Of a stretch of DNA of 64,000 bases, positions 52,807 through 62,560 are shown piece by piece. The stretch comes from Okamejei kenojei (Eukaryota), in assembly GCA_035221665.1 (NCBI GenBank), contig CM069145.1, forward strand, positions 16,306,001 through 16,370,000, in the 5' to 3' direction. Every line of letters begins with the position of its first letter. Position 1 is the first letter of the stretch. The translations under genes were made by a program, and so were the position numbers. The notes under the pieces are model-generated. The model saw only the letters and a program-made list of their open reading frames with translations. It was not told the origin of the DNA and did no database searches.

Positions 52807-53109
52807 ACCCTCCCTTCTCCCCCCTGGCCAATGATGTGATGAACGCGGGGGTCTGGACCAATCGTTGACCTTTGACTGACGAGGTGTCAGACCAATTCCA
52901 TCTCCGGAGGCATCATGTCTGTTCGGCGGATTTTCGACGTCATGTCCGTTCTGCGTCTTGTCTTTGTGGCGTGGTGTCTGTTTGGGTTCGTGTCCTGTCG
53001 GCATGACGTACTTTTGGTATTTTGGCTTTTCGGCATGATGTACTTACGGTATCTTGGCTTCCACTTCTTGGCTTCAGCTTCTCGTCCTTTGACGTCCCAT
53101 CCGGGTACC
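52097..53109. mobile_element. Foldback non-autonomous DNA transposon, Mutator/MULE-like
   Basis: Imperfect TIRs of about 350-400 bp (52097-52452 / 52706-53109), exact 9-bp TSD gtactggat (52088-52096, 53110-53118), no transposase ORF. Confidence 0.8.
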
Positions 53110-53659
53110 GTACTGGATAATGCAGGGCCAAATGTAATTTCAAAGAAACTTACATGAAACTGAATGATTTGTGTAGATGGCACACTCCACTGTTTTTAGG
53201 TTTACTTTTATGATCCAACCAGCAGGAATCAGTAGAGACTGCTAAAACCAGCCCCTATAAAGGTGGGTTTTACGGAAAACAAACTTAAATCAGTTTCTGA
53301 CCCAAATGCAATTTCCAGTAAGGCCGATGATTACCATTGACCATCAGTACCACTGTACGCCAGCCTCAACACAAAGTACAGGATCTTTCACAGATTCAGC
53401 TAAAAAAATAGCAGCATTAAAGAAAAGCATTTACTTTATTTTACTTTGGTCAATTTATTTTGTCATCATAAATTTAAATATAGGAATCCACGTTAAAACA
53501 ACCATATAAGTACAACATTTTTGTCATTGTTGCGCTACCTACATGTGTTATAGCTGTGTTTGTGGCTACATTGAGCTATGTAAGAAGTTATATAGGTAGA
53601 GAACCTAATGCTTAGTTAAAGAGGGGAAAGGGGCATGCAGAAAAGACCTTGACAAGTGA

Positions 53660-53756
53660 AGATACATACAAAATGCTGGAGTAACTCAGCGGGTCAGGCA
53701 GCATCTCTGGAGAGAAGGAATGGGTGACGTTTCAGGTTGAGACCTCCCTTCAGTCC
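53660..53756 (-). mobile_element. Short Penelope-derived element
   Basis: aaaatgctggagtaactcagcgggtcaggcagcatctctgg...ggtgacgtttcaggttgagacctcccttcag. Confidence 0.8.
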
Positions 53757-53814
53757 AAATTCAAGGCTACTCAAGAAGATAGAATTGGAAAAGGGTGGAT
53801 ACATTGGAAAATAA

Positions 53815-53980
53815 ATATGCAATGTGCTGGTGTAACTTAGCAAGTCACGCAGCATCTCTGGAGAACATGGTTAGATGACCCATCCTGAGATGTTTTCCAG
53901 ATATGCTGCCTGACTTGCTGAGTTACTCCAGTATATTGTGTCTTTCATTGTAAACCAACATGTGCAGTTCCTTGTATCTC
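53815..53980. mobile_element. Inverted pair of Penelope-derived fragments
   Basis: 53826-53868 is the near-exact reverse complement of 53890-53932. Confidence 0.75.
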
Positions 53981-54034
53981 ATGGCTGTACATTTGCAAGG
54001 CAAGAAGAACATAGAACATAGAACACATATTTTA

Positions 54035-54300
54035 CAGAACTAGGGAAGGATGAAACCACAAAGGGATTTGAAAATAACGATGAGGATTTTAAAATCAAAC
54101 TCTTACTTAACTAGCAACAGTCAGCAAAGCTGTTGGTTTCATGGGACTTTTTCAGAGTTGGGGCATAATCAGCAGAGATTGGATGACCTTATGTTAATCA
54201 AGAGTCGAAAGACTGGAATGTGTTGGAATAGTCATGTGCAGTGTCATGAATTAAGGAATTAATAGCAGATAAACTGAAGTATGAAGAGTGTGAGAACCTG
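54035..54300 (-). mobile_element. Probable L2-like fragment
   Basis: gaaaccacaaagggatttgaaaataacgatgaggattttaaaatc is the reverse of a D-F-K-I-L-I-V-I-F-K-S-L block typical of the L2 C-terminus. Confidence 0.5.
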
Positions 54301-54594
54301 ATGGGAGGATTTAATGATATCCTCAGTGGTCACAAGCTGTTGGAGGAGCAATGAAAATTTGTCACTAAATATTGTGCTAGATTCCACTAGCTAATGCTGA
54401 GTGATTCTGAGTTGCAGTCAGTTCTGGACCAGCAGATACACTCATCTCAATACAACTCAATGCTGTAAATAACAACTGGATATTTAATTACATGGAAATA
54501 TCTGGGGCAAATGGTTAAAAAATTAGATTTATTTATATTCTCTACATCTGTAAAAAAAAATTAAGAAATACCAGACAGCCTGTTGTTAGAGGAG

Positions 54595-54686
54595 ATTTGA
54601 AGGGGTCTCGACCCGAAACGTCACCCATCCCTTCTCTCCGGAGATGCTGCCTGTCCAGCTGAATTACTTCAACATTTTATGTCTAG
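54595..54686 (+). mobile_element. Short Penelope-derived element
   Basis: gggtctcgacccGAAACGTCacccatccc..gatgctgcctgtccagctgaattacttc. Confidence 0.8.
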
Positions 54687-55040
54687 CCCGTTGTTCGATT
54701 TGTAAACTGTACGTTTTAATCTGAGTGTACATGAAAATGGACAGTATTTTGATTGGTGTAGACCTAGCTATCTACGTTTTAGTTCCAGTAATAGATTATT
54801 TTAGGTTGTAATTTGCCATTTTGGAATATTTCCTTAGATTCCCACCATTTTCCATTTCCAACAACCCACTTATTTATGCGGCATTGATATGTCAGGTGGT
54901 TGGATAATATTATAATTTGTGACAGATGTTTGCAACAGATTTTTCAATAGCTTCTACTGCTGATAGAAATATGTCAATGCAAAATTTGACACATAGTCAA
55001 AATCTCAACTTCAGACTTTAAAGAGTAGATTAGATTAGTT

Positions 55041-55197
55041 AGCATATCTGGAGCGATGGAATGGATGATGTTTCAGGTCTAGACCCTTCTTCAGACTCTG
55101 ACGAAGAGTCTCGACCCAAAACATCACCCTGCCTGTTACTCCACCATTTGGTGTCTATCTTCGGTGCAAACCAGCATCTGCAGTTAGTTCCTACACA
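55041..55197. mobile_element. Back-to-back inverted Penelope-derived elements with two hammerhead-like cores
   Basis: Minus core 55067-55094 and plus core 55098-55125, 3 nt apart. Confidence 0.75.
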
Positions 55198-55280
55198 GTT
55201 TATTGTCACATACACAAGGGTGCAATGAAATTCCTCCTTTACATGAAGCTCACAGGGTAAACAGTATTCCTGCAGTAATG

Positions 55281-55472
55281 ATTTACAGTGGCCAAGTAAC
55301 CTACGAACCACACATCTTTGGGATGTGGGAGGAAACCGGAGCACCCGGGGGAAACACATGTGGTCACAGAGAGAACATGCAAACACTGCACAGACACCAA
55401 CCGAGTTCCGGATCAAACCTTTCTCTGGTGCTGTGATTTAGCACCAATTTCAACTGCACCACCGTGCTGCCC
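55281..55472 (-). mobile_element. HE1-like SINE
   Basis: catctttgggatgtgggaggaaaccggagcaccc...ctgcaccaccgtgctgccc. Confidence 0.8.
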
Positions 55473-55632
55473 ATTTTTATCTCATGGTCTTCTTTTATTA
55501 TAGAAAGTACCTGCATTAGAAACTAACGGGAATAAATTTGTCTTTGATTACTGAAACTGATATCAAGCAGAACAGCGCCCTCTTGTTCTATTAATTTCCC
55601 CGCGCAATGTCCTATCCCCACATTGTGATTCC

Positions 55633-55775
55633 AATTCAGATTCCTATTCAAATTGAGATTCATGTTCACATTTAGATTCAGATTTAGATTCTGATTTTGT
55701 TTCCTGTTCCGATTCAGGTTTAGATTCTTAGATTTTGATTTAGATTTAGATTTAGTTCAGGTTCAGATTCAGATG
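55633..55775. repeat. Degenerate (AGATTY)n tandem repeat, probably a retroelement tail
   Basis: ttcagattc/tttagattt repeats followed by tttattgtc. Confidence 0.75.
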
Positions 55776-55829
55776 AGTTTATTGTCCATACACCAGGGTA
55801 CACCAGGTAACAATCCAATAATAAATACA

Positions 55830-55954
55830 ACACATGTAGATGCTGGTTTAAACCAAAGATAGACAGAAACAGCTGGAATAACTCAGTGGATCAGGCAGCA
55901 CCTACGGAGAAAAGGAATAGGTGACGTTTCAGGTCAAGACCCTTCTTCAGACTG
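55830..55954 (-). mobile_element. Short Penelope-derived element
   Basis: Full family body on the minus strand, with the best-preserved hammerhead-like core in the window. Confidence 0.8.
55920..55953 (-). ncRNA. Minimal type I hammerhead-like ribozyme motif
   Basis: agt-CTGAAGA-a-GGGTcttgACCT-GAA-ACGT-C-acc: CUGANGA and GAAA boxes, stem II hairpin, palindromic stem III (ACGU), GUC site; stem I only about 2 bp. Confidence 0.55.
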
Positions 55955-56360
55955 CACCCGAGTGTAAAACAATAGAATAGTGCAAGATTGTAGTGTAATC
56001 TGTAGCAATTATGAAAATGGACTAGATGGATGGAGGTGACAATTTGTAATGGACTGGTGCTTGCCGTTTTATAACTTTAATCACTCAGCCTGCGTTTATC
56101 TGTGACATGGCTATGCTTAAACATAGGAACTGAGATCTTCATCAGAGCATATTTGGCTTGACCAGATGATTAAATGTGCTAATGTGAAATATGTAAAATG
56201 AGGCCATGAAATTAAAGATTAAGATGAAATATTCATTACCATCCTGATAGTGCTGCTGTCTTTCAAAGTAAATAGTGGATCAAAAAGACTGCAACATGGA
56301 TGAGAAAATAATTAGTGATGTAAGATCATCAATAGAAATGATCAGATGATAAACACATTA

Positions 56361-56660
56361 GGGTGGTCACGGTGGCGCAGCGGTAGAGTTACTGCCTTAC
56401 AGCGAATGCAGCGCCGGAGACCCTGGTTCGATACCGACTACGGGTGCTGTCTGAATGGAGTTTGTACGTTCTCCCCTGACCTGTGTGGGCTTTCTCCGAG
56501 ATCCTTGGTTTCCTCCCACACTCCAAAGACGTACAGGTTTGGAGGTTAATTGGCTTGGTAAATGTAATAATTGTCCCTAATGGGTGTAGGATAGTGTTAA
56601 TGTGCGGGGATCACTGGTGGGCGTGGACCCGGTGGGCCGCGCTGTATCTCTAAACTAAAC
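56361..56660 (+). mobile_element. HE1-like SINE, full length
   Basis: A box ggtggcgcagcggta, B box ggttcgatacc, V-core, (taaac)n tail; possible TSD acatta. Confidence 0.9.
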
Positions 56661-57147
56661 ATTAATTGTGCGACTATAGGTGCTGCAAATAAAATTGCAG
56701 TAAAACCTTTAATTTTGAACCTTATAATGGCACTGGAAGGGTCTGCCTGCCAAGGATGGCCTCAGTCGGCAACAGCTAGAAATGCAACCACAGATGAAAC
56801 ATTGCCCCGCCAAACAGAGTAACATCAAAGCTGCATCATCATCTCTTGACCAGATGGATGGATGCTAACAAATATGGTTGAATGGTGCTTAAGTGGTTTA
56901 ATTCACCGGTATTACCAAATATATATCTATATATATATATATATACAGCAAATATTACTGATATGGTCAGCCAAAGTGATCATAATGTGCGTTGCTGAAC
57001 ATATTATTTCCCACATCCAGATGTGTTCTTCCATGGACCAGCCACTGCTTCACTACTGTGCCTTTGTCAGTAAAGATACACGGAGATACACAGGAAGATA
57101 TGGAACATTTCCCATGACTTGGAAGCCATTTCTTGACATTAGGTGGC

Positions 57148-57465
57148 TTTAGACTTTACTTTAGACTTTAAAGATGCAGCGGGGAAACAGGCTCTTTGGC
57201 CCACCGAGTCCGCACCAACCAGCAATCATCCGTACATTTGCACTATCCTACGCACTAGTGACAATTTACAATTTTACCGAAGCCAATTAACCTAAAAAAC
57301 CTACAAACATCTTTGGAGTGTGGGAGGAAACCGAAGCACCCGGAGGAAACCCATGTGGTCACAGGGAGAACGTACAACTGGAGACAGCACCAGTAGTCAG
57401 GATCGAAAGCAAGTCTCTGTTGCTGTAAGCCAGCAACTGAAACTGCTACACCATTGTGTTGCCTT
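57148..57465 (-). mobile_element. HE1-like SINE, full length
   Basis: Reverse tail, core and head. Confidence 0.85.
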
Positions 57466-57484
57466 GTTGCATTAACGATGAAAT

Positions 57485-57800
57485 TCCACCATCAGTAGCC
57501 ATCTATAATCAATTGTGGAGGAAAGCCATTTGTAGATGAGACCTCCAGATCTGGCGCACTGTTGATGGTCAGCTGGGCCAGAGTCATAATACCTGCCCAC
57601 TTATATGCTTATGAGATCTGGGCTACCAAAAGCAAACATTGGAAAAATTCCACTGGCTCCACAAATTCCTCCAAATTTATTGGAAAGACAAGTAAACCAA
57701 TGTCAGTGTACACCCCCTGTACTGAGGCACTCAGTCAACTACCCTAGGCAAGTCACACTGTTTGCATGCCTGATACCAAACCCCTTATGCTGACATCGTG
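57485..57800 (+). mobile_element. Old RTE/BovB-like LINE fragment
   Basis: LMVSWARVIIPAHLYAYEIW resembles the RTE block LMVYRAVIIPALLYASETW. Confidence 0.55.
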
Positions 57801-58584
57801 TTCTTATCGAAATTGATGAGCAAGTGGACAGAAGAAAAATTCCAAACTGTGCGCACAGAATATGACCTCTCAACCCATTTTCTCCCTGCTGATCCTGATT
57901 ATTTTCCACCCAAAGAAAATGACAGGTGCACAGCAATATGCTGTGCTTTTTTTCATCAACAGGACATGTGTTCTCAATAAATCGGAAGAAAGTTGCACAC
58001 ACAAAGAAGCAATGGGATGGTCCTAATTTACTGCATTCAAAGTCGATAATGAAACACAGACATTAATGCTATTGAGAATTTAAGTCCTGATAGATGTCCA
58101 AATGTTTAATGTCACCAAGAGTGTTATCATGGCTGAGGATCTAATAAAGATTCATGTCAGAGAGGATGGTTCCAATTATGAAAAATAATGTGAAGTGATT
58201 GGCTACATTGGAGTTGAACGCAGCAATTAACATGCTAGCTGTAATGAAAAGCTCAATAGCATTATGACTATGCAATAGCATTGGCACTAACACAAGCAAT
58301 GGTCAATTCATGTACCTGTGGTCAGGCTCACAAGATTAGCCTATTGCCTGTTTTCAGATCAGAGCCCTTGGATCTTCCTCTTTAAGAAGTTGTGTCATTC
58401 ATAATGACTTCTCTGCATTGTTCTATTGGTATTCTATTTAGGATCAACTGCAGATCTCCCCTTCACCTTTTGGGCCAAACAATCGTATCCAAGCAGGTAC
58501 CAGTCACCCAAGTAGTCACCCATTCCTTCTCTCCAAAGATGCTGCCTGCCCCGCTACTTTATTCCAGCATTTTGTGTCTGTCTT

Positions 58585-58638
58585 GGGGTGGAAGATTGCA
58601 ACCTTCATGTGGTCCGCCCTGTTTCGACTAATGCAATC
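58585..58638 (+). ncRNA. Minimal HDV-like self-cleaving ribozyme fold
   Basis: P1 GGGGUGG/CCGCCCU with G1-U wobble; P2 GAUUGCA/UGCAAUC; P3 ACC/GGU; L3 UUCAUGU; GU after P1; J4/2 CUAA with catalytic-position C at 58628; starts exactly at the element's 5' end. Confidence 0.8.
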
Positions 58639-58725
58639 AACTCGACGTGCACAAACAGAAGATCAAATAGAACAAGTTGTCCTACAACTTTAGGCTGTGC
58701 ACGCCACACGAAAGAAGAAGAAGAA
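58585..58725 (+). mobile_element. 141-bp non-autonomous retroposon (SINE-like) with 5' ribozyme and (GAA)n tail
   Basis: Exact 11-bp TSD gtgtctgtctt (58574-58584, 58726-58736), tail aaagaagaagaagaa, no convincing tRNA-like head, no recognisable protein-coding content. Confidence 0.85.
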
Positions 58726-59054
58726 GTGTCTGTCTTCAGTGTAAACCAGCATCTGCAATTCCTTCCTACGCAATGCTATCTAAGCAGTGGAGCAATCAGG
58801 TGGAGGGAAACTGTACAGAGGCATTGAAAAGATGGATGAGGGATGTAGAGCATATGATGAAGTATACATTTGGTTTGCCTGTGTCACTTTCTTTGTTATT
58901 TTTCCCCTTTATTGCTAATTCATATGCACATAGTTCACCACATGAAAATGAATATATGTGTCATTAGAGAGAAAAGCCATGCAAATGTTTTGGTAAAGAT
59001 GGTATCATTGCAGTTTGTGTGTGACTTTTTATGAAACACAACTTGTTATGTTTC

Positions 59055-59662
59055 ATAACAAGAGGAGTTGAGTCTAGGAGCAGTTGTACAGGGCTCTAGC
59101 GAGACTACACCTGGAGTATTGTATGCAGTTTTGGTCTCCAAATTTGAGGAAGGACATTCTTGCTATTGAGGGAGTGCAGCATAGGTTCACAAGGTTAATT
59201 CCTGGGATGGCGGGACTGTCATATGCTGAGAAAATTGAGCGGCTGGGCTTGTATACTCTGGAATTTAGAAGGATGAGAGGGGATCTTATTGAAACATTTA
59301 AAATTATTAAGGGTTTGGACACGCGAGAGGCGGGAAACATGTTCCTGATGTTGGGGAAGTCCAGAACCAGGGGCCACAGTTTAAGAATAAGGGGTAAGCC
59401 ATTTAGAACGGAGATGACGAAAAACGTTTCAACACAGAGAGTTGTGAGTCTGTGGAATTCTCTGCCTCACAGCGCAGTGGAGGCTGGTTCTCTGGATACT
59501 TTCAAGAGAGATCTAGATAGGGCTCTTAAAGATAGTGGAGTCAGGGGATATGAGGAGAAGGCAGGAACGGGGTACTAATTGTGGATGATCAGTCATGATC
59601 ACATTGAATGGCGGTACTGTCTCGAAGGGCCGAATGGCCTCCTCCTGCATCTATTGTCTATT
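59055..59662 (+). mobile_element. Young 5'-truncated CR1 LINE
   Basis: Open 164-aa ORF2 C-terminus (59084-59578: LYRALARLHLEYCMQFWSP...RGDLIETFKI...TRGHSLRI...LWNSLP) and CR1 3' UTR ending ctattgtctat. Confidence 0.93.
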
Positions 59663-62230
59663 TAAAATTTCCCAACATTTATGATCAAATTTACCAATAT
59701 TTATGTGAGGCCTAAGCGAACATGAAGCAAACTGATTCGAAGGTTGGGATTTATGCTAATGTTAAAATTAATTGAATCAGCCCCACAAAATGTCAATAAT
59801 TGCTTTTTTTGATTTCATGATGCAAATACTGCCACAATAACTGAGTTATTGCTTTTTTCTCCTGGAGTGGAAACAAAGTAACCAATGCTACTATATTGTC
59901 TCTCTCACCTTACCAATCTCAAGCAGTATTGAGGTTGTGAAGATATGTAAAATTCACTCTGCTGTGCCGTGCAAGAGGTCATGCAGAGTCTACTCGGCGC
60001 TTTTTTGAAGATCTATACTATTCTTTGATTTTAACAAGGTGAGAGGAGGCAATGCTGGAGAATAGAGCACGGTTATTTGTGGCAGCAGTGTGAAGATAAC
60101 AAACTCTGGATGAGTGTAAATATAAAACACAACGTTATGTAATTTGTCCAACAAAATGCTTGCATGTTCACCTGCAAGAGGGCTCACCTTCACACCAGCA
60201 TCCTCTCTCCATATAGCTCTCCTTCTCAGCCTCTTGTCTGCAGTCAAAATCACTTTGTACACAATTGGCACACAACTCGAGGAATTGGGCTGAAGAACCA
60301 TTGCAGCTGCCAGAGAAATAACACTTTCATCTTATCAGTCTGGCTAGATACTAACTCTCGCCCCAGAGGGGATGGACAGTGAACTAACCTACTGCACAAC
60401 CAAGTCACTCAGCCAGAATTTATTTGCATGTAACAGAATCAACGCTTGTCACAAAGTGCCCCAGTCCTTTAGTAACTAAATTATACCCAACTGAACCTCT
60501 TTGACTATTGCTTTTTCTACCTAGTAATTACACCTATAAAGTCTCACATCTAATCTAAAACTGTTCCAATAAACTAGTAGTTTTCTATTACCCAATGCAG
60601 CAAATTAATCTGTGTCTGGGCAAATGTCCTTTTAAAGTGAACATTCTCATTAATAGGATGTCTGTTAACTGCCTGGTATTAGGAACTGTGTTTTTTTTAC
60701 AGGCTATAAAGATATTGGTGTTAGCAATGCATTCAGTCTTTCATTTGATAAGTAAATAGCAAAAACCCTATCGAGATAAGAAAGAAAACAGTCGGCTGAT
60801 GGCAGGGTTACTAGTGTTTCTATGTCTCGGTCTTCTTTCCCTGAGTGTGGAAACTTTATTGCTCATTATCTACAGGGCTGTGATGATGTGACAGATGATT
60901 TATTGTGAGGCAAAAACTGTGTTTCGATTGCAGACATTTTTATCCTTTTGTGATGCTGCCTGCCAACCCCCTCCAACTGCTGAGACATCGAATAAAGGAA
61001 ACTAGAAGCTATGTTTTTTTTCTTCTGGCTATCACTCATAAATGTCTAAAGTTAAAACTAGTCTGCAGTTTTAATTTAGACCAATTCCCATTTGTTCCTT
61101 AAAAATTCCATTTATTTAATTGAGTTGTTGAGATTAAATTTAGAATTGCATTCACTTGAAGCTTTCCTGTTAAATCTGCTACACGTTTTAAGCTGACAGT
61201 AATTTGCTTTAAGAAGGCCATATTAATTTATATGCACTCACCTTTACCACTATTAATGGAAGTAGCAGAGACTTACTTTATGCATGTTCGCTAATATTTG
61301 TCACTATTATTCAAATATGTCTTAAGTAGATAGTGAAAAATGAAGGGACAAATTGTGGTATTGTTAATTATTTATGGCTAATCCGTTGGGTAAATGAAAG
61401 ATTCTCCCACTACTTGCAATTTGAAAGCTAAATTATTATCATTGTTCACATTAATTGCAAACTTAATTTCACATTTGTTAAATATGAAATTAAGACTTTT
61501 ATAAATCAGTTAGCGTATGAGCCTGTGTTGTTTTCTTCAAAATGCTAACACAGCTTTACAGTGGATAGAAAAGACTGAGAATAAGACTCAGAGATTCAAA
61601 ATAACTGAGAACTCAACACAGAGTGCATTGATTGTCTGAATCCAGCAACAAAAGAAACTCAACTATGATTATCAAATAGTCCAATATAGGAGTATAGTAA
61701 CAATATAATTGCTGAAAAGTGTGTGATGAGTCTTTTTTTTCATGTATGTGATACTGATTTAATTATTATCATCTTGCACTGATTTTCACTAGCAGACATC
61801 CTGTATATAATTAAGCTCAAATTAATGTCAGAATGATGACATCATTATCATCTGTGGTAACATTTCATCACAGTAAATTGCTTCACAGGTAAGGCAAATT
61901 CAGATGGCAAATGTAGCAGGCTGATAATTCATTAGGAAAGTGAAGGCTAGCTATTTATCATTTTTTAAAGCTGTGTTTGGTCTCTGGGATTTTTGCTACT
62001 CATCTATTCATTAACTGTTTTAAGTGGAAACATTCACCGTCATATTTAAAACATTTAGTTTTATTGTAAGCTTCTTCCCTACTAAATCTTCCCAAGCTTT
62101 TAATTTAATTTGATTATGCAACCTTCAACCCAAACAAAGATGTGGTATTAAAATCTGGCCTCAATATAAATGTACACGGTTTTTGACAATTCATATCATC
62201 ACACTACTTATTACTATGGATATGGCAGAT

Positions 62231-62560
62231 GGTAGGGTTGCATGGATACCCGGAAACCTTAATCGAACAACAATGCTTGAGAATTTTACAAAAGAAGCTC
62301 CTTGTTTCAAACATGCATTCATATTAATGTCTCCTTAATATTTGTATCTACTTCCTAAGCACCGAGTTCTTCTGTCATCTGTTGGTGATAAGAATGGCAA
62401 AGTCTATAGCATTGGTGCAAAGTAGTTAGCAATAGTGTAATGCTGATGGGCAGAAGGAAGGTTTTTCAGGGCAATGTCGATCACTATGCCAATGTTATGA
62501 TCAAGATAAAACCACCCACTATCGCAAGAAATGTGGCCACAAGAGTGCTAAACTTTCATC
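62231..62560 (+). pseudogene. Possible decayed F5/8 type C (discoidin) domain sequence
   Basis: KVFQGNVDHYANVMIKIKPPTIARNV fits the F-x-G-N-x-D-x4-V-x5-P-P-x-x-A-R spacing; upstream GRVAWIP and KVYS blocks lie in shifted frames. Confidence 0.4.

Larger units (their letters stand above)
58513..58772 (+). mobile_element. Short Penelope-derived element interrupted by the 141-bp retroposon
   Basis: gtcacccattcc..ccagcattttgtgtctgtctt [insert] cagtgtaaaccagcatctgcaattcc; the halves rejoin into the family consensus. Confidence 0.8.

Noticed and set aside
51997-53183. Cluster of overlapping ORFs, including mirrored DGTSKDEKLK peptides
   Set aside because: Artefact of GC-rich inverted repeats and G/C runs; no transposase motifs.
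59084-59578. Longest ORF in the window (164 aa) as a host gene
   Set aside because: It is the C-terminus of CR1 ORF2 in a 5'-truncated copy.
61878-61895. cacag|gtaagg as a recursive splice site
   Set aside because: Weak pyrimidine tract and unknown host transcript strand; the motif alone is insufficient.
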